A program made the translations under genes and the position numbers. The notes under the pieces are model-generated. The model was not told the DNA's origin. It saw nothing but the letters and a program-made list of their open reading frames with translations, and did no database searches. Below are positions 11,025 through 18,955 of a stretch of DNA of 64,000 nt, one piece after another; position 1 is the stretch's first letter; the number at the start of each line of letters is the position of its first letter. The stretch comes from Candidatus Pelearchaeum maunauluense (GTDB taxonomy: Archaea > Thermoproteota > Nitrososphaeria_A > Caldarchaeales > Caldarchaeaceae), in contig JANVYQ010000002.1 in the NCBI GenBank assembly GCA_030059675.1, positions 64,001 through 128,000 of the forward strand, given 5' to 3'.

Positions 11025-11659
11025 ATGAGGAAATACGAGCTCCCACAGCTACCGTATTCCTACGAGGCGCTGGAGCCTTATATATCCCGCGAAATAATGA
11101 CGTTGCACCATAGCAAGCATCATCGGGCCTACGTAGACGGCGCTAATGCTGCCTTAGAGCGCCTAGAAAAGCAGCGCAGAGGAGAAAGTCAGGAGAACGT
11201 AAGAGCGATTTTGAGGGACCTTAGCTTTAATCTATCAGGCCATAAGCTGCATAGTGTATTTTGGTGTAACATGGCGCCGCAGGGCAAAGGAGGAAAACCA
11301 GGAGGAGCAATAGCAGACCAAATAAACAAAGACTTCGGCAGCTTCGAAGCATTCAAGAAACAATTCAGCGACGCAGCAAAAAACGTAGAAGCAGTAGGAT
11401 GGGCAATACTAACATACGACCAAGAATCAGACACCCTACTAATCTACCAAGTAGAAAAACAAAACTTCATGCACCCACCACACCTACCACTACTACTAAC
11501 ACTAGACGTATGGGAGCATACGAGGCTGGGCGTATTGCCCCCTCGGCTCAGGCCTACTACCTCCAGTACAAGAACGACAGAGCAAGCTACGTGGAGCAGT
11601 GGTGGAACGTGGTTAACTGGGACGATGTCGACAAACGATTCTCTAAGGCCAAAGTTTAA
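11025..11659 (+). CDS. sod: Fe/Mn superoxide dismutase; exons 11025-11519 and 11552-11659, 200 aa after splicing
   Basis: [23 protein letters not shown]|AYYLQYKN; frame restored by removing 32 nt. Confidence 0.95.
11520..11551 (+). other. Bulge-helix-bulge mRNA intron (32 nt) in sod
   Basis: Central helix GAGC(11514-17)/GCTC(11546-49); 3-nt bulges ATA and AGG; inner stems CGAGG/CCTCG and GGGC/GCCC; canonical cuts after the 2nd bulge nt give CAT|GCC. Confidence 0.9.
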
Positions 11660-11757
11660 CTAAGTTTTCCACATAATATTTTATATCCCAAAATTATTTT
11701 GTTTTTTATAAAATATAGGGAGGGGAGTGGTCGGGTATAGTAGTCTATCTGCTCAAT

Positions 11758-12469
11758 TTATCGCTGTCTATGTGGACAATATCCATAGAATCCTTTCGCT
11801 AGGTTGCAGTTAAAGCATAGAACTTGGAATTCCTCAGGAAAGTTGTTTTTAACTATCCATTTATAAAAGTGTATTCCCCAGCCTACTTGCTTGAAATGTC
11901 GTAAACCTCCTCCGTTTACGTGGTCTATTGATAGGAATTCAAGTCTAGTCTCGCCACAACAACTACAACGTGGGACTCCCCTGCTATAATACCTGAGTAT
12001 TTCCTTTCTTTCCTCAGCTAGTCTGATAGCCACTATAGACTTATGAGGGCATTATTCCATAAAGTGCTATTGCTTTATTGCAGTTGTAGCAGAGAACTCT
12101 AAAGCCTTCAGGGAAATTGTTCTTGATGATCCAGCAATAAAACTCTGTCCCTCCCCTAATCCTATAGCGACGCTTCTGTAAACTGCCATCCTGACGTATA
12201 TGGTCAATCGAAAGGAACTCTATTCTATCCTCGCCACAACATGTAGATTTGCCACCGTAGCGTTGTATCACTAAGGATTTAATCCGTCTTCTTCGCCGTC
12301 TCTCTCTTTCTCTGCGAATTTCGCGAAGTCTATCCCGACGTCGCCAATATGATTCACACCATATCTTGCGTACTCGCTCTTTGTTTCTTTCGAAATAGCG
12401 AATCCAACGACGATGTTGTTTTATTTTCGCATCATCTAACTTAGAGGAACTACTGCTCAATGCCTCCAC
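11758..12469 (-). CDS. Arg-rich tandem (double) HNH endonuclease split by a 1-nt frameshift near 12052
   Basis: Two repeats of CCGE.R.EFLSIDH...WI.KNNFPE.F.VLC.NCN; deleting one A from GGAATAATGC fuses them as ...YGICPHKSIVAIRLAEE..., about 236 aa. Confidence 0.75.
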
Positions 12470-13250
12470 CTCCCTACGCCCCTAGCACCAGCTCTACGGG
12501 AGCGCCTGCTCCTAAAAATCGTAGAGCTAAGCGCCTTTGTTCTACCGCCATCCAGGGCTTGATGGCGGTCCCGCATAGGCAGGGCCTTCATACTCCCCCT
12601 TGGTAACATATTGGGGGGCGGCCCGCTTGGCCGCGAGCCCCTGCCGTGCAGAACCGCCATCAGGTCGGCGACGCTAACTGTATTCAGAAGCACTCGCCGG
12701 AACTAGCTGGCAGATGACACTCGGCAGAAGGATAGCAGTATTTCCATCACCTGTCCAGGTTCTCCTCCCGTGTCTTCTCCAGGATACCCTCTACGCTGCC
12801 CCGTTCACCGCGTGCTCCAGGCATAGTTAAGCCCTTCACCGCACGCTCCAGGAAACAGTGTAGAAGTATCCGTTCACCGAAGACATGGGAGGATATCGGC
12901 CGTCATCTAGGTTCTGCATGCGGAGTATTGGCTCCGGGCCGGAACAGCCCTAGAAGCACCCTTCACTACTTGGCTCCTGGAGTCTAGCTAAACCTCCTTT
13001 CACCACCAAGCTCCAGGCAACCCCTAGAGCTGACCAACCCTTCACCACCAATACACCCACATGCAGCTCACCCATCAGGCCGACCTCCGTGAGGCTCAGG
13101 CTAAAACTCCCTTGAACATCAGGCGGAAGCCTAAGCCCCCGAGGCTCGGCACCATAACCCGACCACCCTCCGCCCGGACTCAAATAACTATCCGGGCGTC
13201 ACCCTATTTCAGGTGAGGACAGGAAAGAGAGAGGCTGGGCCGGTCGGGCT
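12470..13250 (-). ncRNA. Large structured ncRNA with at least six kink-turns
   Basis: No credible ORF; long helices, with G-U pairs on the minus strand in arm A; repeated RGU-GAA / (C)CNGGA k-turn strands in arms 12914-13066 and 12763-12893. Confidence 0.75.
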
Positions 13251-13256
13251 ACTTAA

Positions 13257-13625
13257 CTAAACATAATATTCTATTGCTCTAACTGGTTCTAGCTTTCTTG
13301 TTATCGGATTTACTCTCAGCCCTAGAGTCTCTAACGTTGTTACGCCTATCAATGGTTTTTCGTTTTCGTCCGAGAAAGTTACTAGAACTGGTCTCCTGGT
13401 GTTGTTTATCTCTATATCCGCTAGGCCTGCGCCTCTGCTTATAACTCTTCCATCAGCAAGCTCAACCTCAACCTCGTACCTCTTCTCTATCCCAACGAGC
13501 TCGGTGACTTCCTTAGGAACCTTAGTAAAGGTCGCACCAGTATCGGCTACACCATCAAGCTCGTAAGAACACTTAGGCCCGTGTATTCTGAAGCGGACAA
13601 GCACCTCTCCCATGCTACCTCTCAC
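13257..13625 (-). CDS. Clan AA (retropepsin-like) aspartyl protease
   Basis: ADTGATFT; VELADG; PLIGVTTLETLGL. Confidence 0.85.
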   Translation of the reverse strand: MRGSMGEVLVRFRIHGPKCSYELDGVADTGATFTKVPKEVTELVGIEKRYEVEVELADGRVISRGAGLADIEINNTRRPVLVTFSDENEKPLIGVTTLETLGLRVNPITRKLEPVRAIEYYV

Positions 13626-13987
13626 CTATATTTTCTTTACATAAGAATCTCTTTAGCTTGTCTATGAAGGCCTGAACTATTTCTGTCCCTCTCCTAACGA
13701 AGTCATCGCTAAGCCAGCCTTCATAGGAGTTCGTAGAGGCTGTTAGCTACGTGAAATGCGTCTACAAGCCCTTGCTCTGGATTCTCCCTATCAAGCTGTG
13801 AGACAAATTGGAATAGGCTTGCGTGAGTCCCCAGCGATATGCCCTTAGACGCGGCGACAGCCTTAACTGCTTCAACAACGGCTAACCAAAGCTTCCCCGA
13901 CGCCTGCGCATAATCTCCATTCCTCAACATCTCCTCAGCCTCCCTGAGGAGCTTGCCGCTAAGCTTAAGACGTTCATTAACGCTCAA
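13621..13987 (-). pseudogene. PaREP1 family, frameshifted at the C-terminus
   Basis: QASGKLWLAVVEAVKAVA...ANSL; the NFYE-equivalent segment is shifted. Confidence 0.7.
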
Positions 13988-14470
13988 AGACCTTCCGAAA
14001 TCAATTTACTTAGCAACCCCTATATACACATGACGCCAGCCAAAGGCGATACGCCCACTCTTTGCATCATGCGGAGAAGAGGCAGGCCATTGATTACTGC
14101 TGTGTTAACAATAAAGCCGGGCGGAAGGCGCAGTATGCTGTAGGTCATCTAGACCCCCTCCTCAACTCCCATCACCCAGACATAGGGTCTTTTGTTTTGT
14201 CTGGGTGGGCCGGCCACTCTACCCCTCCCAGCCACCCACCCCCAGCATGGATGGCTTCTAGGGGCTATGGGCAGGCCGGACCAGCCCGCCAGGCCCATTA
14301 AGGCACGCCAATTAGGCGCCTGGGGCGGCTCTTATGAATCATCCCCGAAGAAGCCCCACCCCCTCCGTCGCCGGAGAAGGCCACGCTCAGGACCCAAGCG
14401 TGTTTAAAGGGGCTCTTAATCGGGGACTCATGGTCCCAAATGGCTCACAGACAAACCTGCTTATCCAAGT

Positions 14471-14530
14471 AACTTGAGAAGAAACCTGACCAGAAACTTG
14501 AGAACTAACTTGAGCAGAAACCTGAAACCA
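14471..14530 (+). repeat. Five tandem 12-bp repeats (AACYTGA core)
   Basis: Units at 14471, 14483, 14495, 14507, 14519, preceded by ACCTGCTTAT. Confidence 0.8.
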
Positions 14531-14559
14531 GCTGAGAAGGCTGTTTAAGCAGTAAAGGT

Positions 14560-14610
14560 ACTGGTCAAGTTTTTACTCAAGTTTCTACTCAAGTTACTTT
14601 TATAAACCAG
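14560..14610 (-). repeat. Three inverted copies of the same 12-bp repeat
   Basis: ACTGGTCAAGTT TTTACTCAAGTT TCTACTCAAGTT. Confidence 0.75.
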
Positions 14611-14935
14611 TTCTCCATACGAGCCGGACACGAGTTGGTTCTTAGGCTAAATCATATAGTTTTCATGAGTGATGTTATCTTGCTTAGTAAAGAAAATATA
14701 TAGACCGCACAAAGCTTATCAGCTGATAATTTTCCTCCTTATATTAATCCTGCCCTTAAGCTATTACGCGCTTAATCTAAATGTTGTGGTCTGAGATTAG
14801 GCTAGGGTTATTATGGAAGGGCTGTCTTCTATGACGTGTAGAGCTCAATTTCGCCCCCTAAACCGAGGCAGACAATACGGTGAGCGAAGCTTATAAGACC
14901 TATAGAAATCGGATTAAGGGCGAAGAGCGATATTA

Positions 14936-15148
14936 TTATATTGTTCCGGCAGTTATTTCCGCTAACTGTTTTAGTATTCCCCTCTTCTTTGCATTCCACA
15001 CTTCTATTCCCATAACCATACCTCTATCGTCCCTCTCAACTATTATCCCATCCTCTAACTCTTCAACCGACTCAGAAGGCCCGTCCCTCAAGTGAATGTA
15101 TAGAATATCATTCTCATGATCGTAGCTAAATCTCAAGCCCTCACCCAA
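14936..15148 (-). CDS. DUF2283 antitoxin-like protein
   Basis: YDHENDILYI...GIIVERDDRGMVMGIEVWNA. Confidence 0.8.
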   Translation of the reverse strand: MGEGLRFSYDHENDILYIHLRDGPSESVEELEDGIIVERDDRGMVMGIEVWNAKKRGILKQLAEITAGTI

Positions 15149-15411
15149 ACACCCCTATCCACCTTTCTTCTTATAAGCTTATCTACGCTCGACGAGTAAT
15201 AAACTGTCACAATTCTCACCATATCATCCCTTCTAGTAAAGACTATTACCAACATTCTCTGCCCTATAATCCCTATAGCTACCAATGTATCAGATTCAAC
15301 GTCGCGGAATAGCATGTTAGGCCTACTAATAATTTGCAAGACGTCATTCATATCAACTCTTCTTACCCGTATCTTCTCCTCAGCATGCCTAGTTAGCTCA
15401 ATCCTAACCAA
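15133..15411 (-). CDS. DUF4258 (RelE/BrnT-like) toxin
   Basis: IELTRHAEEKI...VRIVTVY; overlaps the DUF2283 gene. Confidence 0.75.
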   Translation of the reverse strand: MVRIELTRHAEEKIRVRRVDMNDVLQIISRPNMLFRDVESDTLVAIGIIGQRMLVIVFTRRDDMVRIVTVYYSSSVDKLIRRKVDRGVWVRA

Positions 15412-15565
15412 GCTATTAAAACAAACTTTGCCGATTAATTAAACATGCGAAGGATACTAAATTAATACCCTAGTCCTTGATTTTTAGAGTAAATAAGAGA
15501 CCTGGGTTATAAGCAAATACACCACATACGGATTAAGAGCTAACTATTAATAATTGCGTTATTCT

Positions 15566-15629
15566 CCGGCTCAAGTATCTATTCAAGTTTCTTCTCAAGT
15601 TTTTGGTCAAGTTATTTTTATAAGCAGGT
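15566..15629 (-). repeat. Four inverted copies of the 12-bp repeat ending ATAAGCAGGT
   Basis: Reverse complement matches the 14455-14530 end. Confidence 0.75.
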
Positions 15630-15878
15630 ATTTTGTGTCTGTTTCTTTATATTTTTCAATGCATAGGTCTTTTAGGGGGGTACATATTAGGTAGACCATA
15701 GGCTACTTGTAGTTGTTAGCAACGTGAGAATCGTGTGAGCGAGCTTTTTATCCTTATTTAATTAATTTCCTTTAAGGGGTAAGGGGATGGGGTTTGATTG
15801 TTCTTTTTGGGTATCGAAGGCGAGAGAGTCGGGATATCCTGTGTGAGGAGGATCTTGTGTTGATTATTTGAAGGAGAG

Positions 15879-16202
15879 TTGTGTGTAAAGAAACCTTCAG
15901 AGGCAAAGGAGGAAATCGTCTATACGCCTGCACCACAGCCTACCGAAAAAGCTGTGAAGGAAAAGAAAGAAGAAAAAACTGCTTTTGAAGAATACACAAG
16001 AATATATCTTAAATTAAATGTTCCCATAGGGCAAATATCTACTATTGCCAAAATTGTAAACTACTTGAATGGCTTGTTCAAAGAATGTAAAGTGAGAATT
16101 GAGATAACTGCGCAAAACGGAAAAATTAGGGCTACTGATTACGAAAACAAAATAGAAGAAGCTCTAAGACAGGCGGGGGTTGATGTTGAAAGTAAAGAAT
16201 GA
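15879..16202 (+). pseudogene. C-terminal fragment resembling DUF499 ATPase proteins
   Basis: IEITAQNGKI..DYENKIEEALRQAG tail; no good start. Confidence 0.4.
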
Positions 16203-17431
16203 AATTGCCGCTTGCCTAACAGCAGTTGTCCGAAATTGCAGGCGACAAGCTTGTAAATGTCAAAAAGGATTTAATACGAGAAGGATATTGTCCTAAACGT
16301 GATGGGAGGCTATAAAAATGAAGGTAGTTTCATTTACTTTTTGTAGGTTCGCTTGTATATTTGCTGTATAACAAGACAATTTTAGGAAAGAATTTTACTC
16401 TATTTCCATTTAGGAAAATAATTCGTAAAAAATACTTAGAACAAATTAATAGACGATGAATGGAGAGAATAATACGAGCACGTCGCACAACAAGCGGGTA
16501 TCTGCCTTTGCTCACTTCGTTCGTTCCAAATTTGCAAGCTTTAATCAATTCTCGTGTTAGGTATATGCGTTCAGAAGACTTAAAAGCCTAATAGTCAGAT
16601 TAATACTAAAGTTAAAGCTGAGATGGTAAAATGATCAAAGTTATCAGAAAAGGTAGAGTTTTAGAGAAAGTGCTTGCAAGAACGCCAAAAGAAGCAGCCT
16701 CCAAAATCTTAGGGATTAACCCAGCTAAGCTGAAGCTCATCAAGAAAACTGAGAGGGATGACTATGTTTTGGATTCGAAGGGGAAAAATTGAAGTTTGGG
16801 AAGTTTTGCCTGCTGTGTGGGATTATGATATTGGACCAATAGCTCGATCCGTTTGACTAGAGATACCAGACCCAGAGACTAGGTCGAACCCCAAAAACCC
16901 GATCGCGTTCGTAGTTGGTGTCGTGGGTGCTCTGCTAAGAAGTATTCGGTTCCCTCCGTTTAGATTTCCTTAACAAGCTAACTACTTTACGAACTTGCTG
17001 AGGAGGATAAATGCAGACTCCAGCTTTCGATTTTGTCTGAGCATCGACCGCAGTAGGGGTGCGGGTGGAGCTGTATGCACATGGTTTGATCTTATAAGGC
17101 AATTCTTGATCACGCAATTCCGAAGAAATCGAGAAAAAATCGTGAACATAATTGCAAGTAGAATCGATGATACGGCAAAAGGAGAGCTTAGCAAGAAGCA
17201 CGAATATTCAAGGGCAAAGAACGATAAGAGAAGTGGAGGTTGTATTGAAAGATGAGATAATAGATAAGAAAGAGTATCAGGAAGACATGAGACTGAGAAG
17301 CTTAGCCCTTAATTTAAACATGGAGAAAGAGTAAAAGCCAGCGATCTTGCAGATGTTGTTCTTAAAATCATCAAGGACCCATTGAGCGATTGAACGGTGT
17401 TGTTACTGATATTGCGAGAAAGCTTGGTTAT

Positions 17432-17611
17432 ACACCTTCCACTACTACTAACACTAGACGTATGGGAGCATACGAGGCTGGGCGTATTGCCCCCTCGGCT
17501 CAGGCCTACTACCTCCAGTACAAGAACGACAGAGCAAGCTACGTTGACACTTGGTGGGTACTGGTCAACTGGGACGATGTCGACAAGCGCTTCTCCAAGG
17601 CTAAAGCCTAA
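17432..17611 (+). pseudogene. Second copy of the sod 3' end, including the same BHB intron (17472-17503)
   Basis: [12 protein letters not shown]|[35 protein letters not shown]; no 5' part. Confidence 0.9.
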
Positions 17612-17684
17612 TTAAGTTCCCCGCACATATATTATATCCCAAATTTTATTTTTTTAAAATATAGGAAGAAGTCTTCTCACAAAT

Positions 17685-18578
17685 CTAGACAATTCCTAAT
17701 CTTTTTTCGAAGTCTTTCGCTTTCTGTTTTACTTCATAAAACTCTGTAACATCTTGCCATGATAATATGCGAAATACATGCTTTAACTCGTGAAAAGATC
17801 CTTCAATCCAACGTTTCGCTTCCTCGATTTGGTCGTTGGTAGTTACTAAAACTGGGATACTATTCCATAAATCAAATGCATGTTTTAACTTGCTCAAAGC
17901 TTCAAATATGTTTCCGCCTATTTGAACTTCAAATGCTACGCTCGGCATACTTTTCGGTGTTCTCCTCCAGATAACGTCTATTCTCTTGTTCTCTATAGTA
18001 TACTCCGTCGCAGGAAAGCGATTCTGTATTTCCCCTATTTGGTATACGATTTTCTTTATTAAATCATGATCAGGTTTTTGAACTACTATCCTTTCATTTT
18101 TAGCACGCAATATGTCAATAGTTTTCTTAACAGCATTATACTGTCCTTGGATGTTTTCATCAACAAGTATTATAGACCATCTGTCAAACTTTTGACGGAA
18201 GATCTTGATTCCTAATGAGGCTAGTTCATCTTTGCGGATGGGTTCTATGTAGTCAAGCTTTTCTCGCTGGAATTTATCTATCGGAAAAACTGGAGCTAAT
18301 TTTATTTGCCACGGATAGCCTGTTGGATTTAATTTCCAGTATCTCACCGGTTCCCTGGATTCTCTCTTCTCTAATAGGGTGCATAATATCCATATTCCTT
18401 TAACGCCTCTGTATTCCCCATAAAGCAAGATATCATCGCCAGCCTCTAACTTCATCCATTTACGTTTATTATTACCAGACCTATCATCAGGAAATCCCCA
18501 TAAACCTTCGGAGAATAAAGACTCAGCATGCGCATGGCTAAAACTCAAAATGTTAACAATGGCTGTTTGCTTATTCAA
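17685..18578 (-). CDS. EVE/PUA-like reader fused to a PD-(D/E)xK nuclease; candidate modification-dependent restriction enzyme
   Basis: GLWGF..W.KLEAGDDILLY N-terminus; RIDVIW...AFEVQIGG C-terminus. Confidence 0.6.
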   Translation of the reverse strand: MNKQTAIVNILSFSHAHAESLFSEGLWGFPDDRSGNNKRKWMKLEAGDDILLYGEYRGVKGIWILCTLLEKRESREPVRYWKLNPTGYPWQIKLAPVFPIDKFQREKLDYIEPIRKDELASLGIKIFRQKFDRWSIILVDENIQGQYNAVKKTIDILRAKNERIVVQKPDHDLIKKIVYQIGEIQNRFPATEYTIENKRIDVIWRRTPKSMPSVAFEVQIGGNIFEALSKLKHAFDLWNSIPVLVTTNDQIEEAKRWIEGSFHELKHVFRILSWQDVTEFYEVKQKAKDFEKRLGIV

Positions 18579-18955
18579 CTAACTTCCCCCACGACGGCAT
18601 TGACTTAAATGGTTTATTTATTTTGTTGCATAAGGATCTTAAAAGAACTTTGGATATCTTAAAAAGGCTAATGCAATGGATTACATGGTATTCTTACTTC
18701 TCAGTATGAATTTATCCGATTTGGGCTACGAAAATTGACCCTACTCTGATTGGAATAGAATCATTATTTCTTTAATGTCTTTTAGCACGATTATCGTTAT
18801 TCCTATTAGTTCCATTTATCTGATTCTTAGGATTTACTCCTTCCTGGGACTCTGCGGTATCCTCCGCCTCTCTTGGTTCGCCGAACGAGATATAGAGGAC
18901 ATAGTTTTAACAAGGTAACCTATGTTAGGTTTATCTAGACTAATAACCATGCCCT

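Larger units (their letters stand above)
11480..17665. mobile_element. Island bracketed by a direct repeat of the sod 3' end (spacing 5,952 bp)
   Basis: 11487-11592 identical to 17439-17544; diverged homology continues to about 11719/17665; no integrase seen. Confidence 0.6.

Noticed and set aside
11025-11663. sod as a frameshifted pseudogene or programmed frameshift
   Set aside because: The shift is caused by a discrete 32-nt insert with exact BHB geometry that is present in two copies.
11719-11742. BHB motif at the long-range closing stem
   Set aside because: Only one 3-nt bulge next to a 10-bp helix; the geometry does not fit.
12525-12545. RNase P RNA identity for the large ncRNA (minus GAACAAAGGCGCUUAG resembles CR-V, and archaeal RNase P RNAs have k-turns)
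   Set aside because: No GAGGAAxxUCC CR-I or P4 partner found; worth confirming with Infernal.
12457-13183. Short ORFs 12457-12693 and 12950-13183 (also 14062-14407)
   Set aside because: GC-rich shadow ORFs with no motifs, overlapping structured RNA.
12470-13250. Group I or group II intron, hammerhead, CRISPR or TIGR array
   Set aside because: No P7 R/S elements, domain V or CUGANGA/GAAA core. The repeats pair with each other as helices rather than flanking unique spacers, and no Cas or Nop-domain gene is present.
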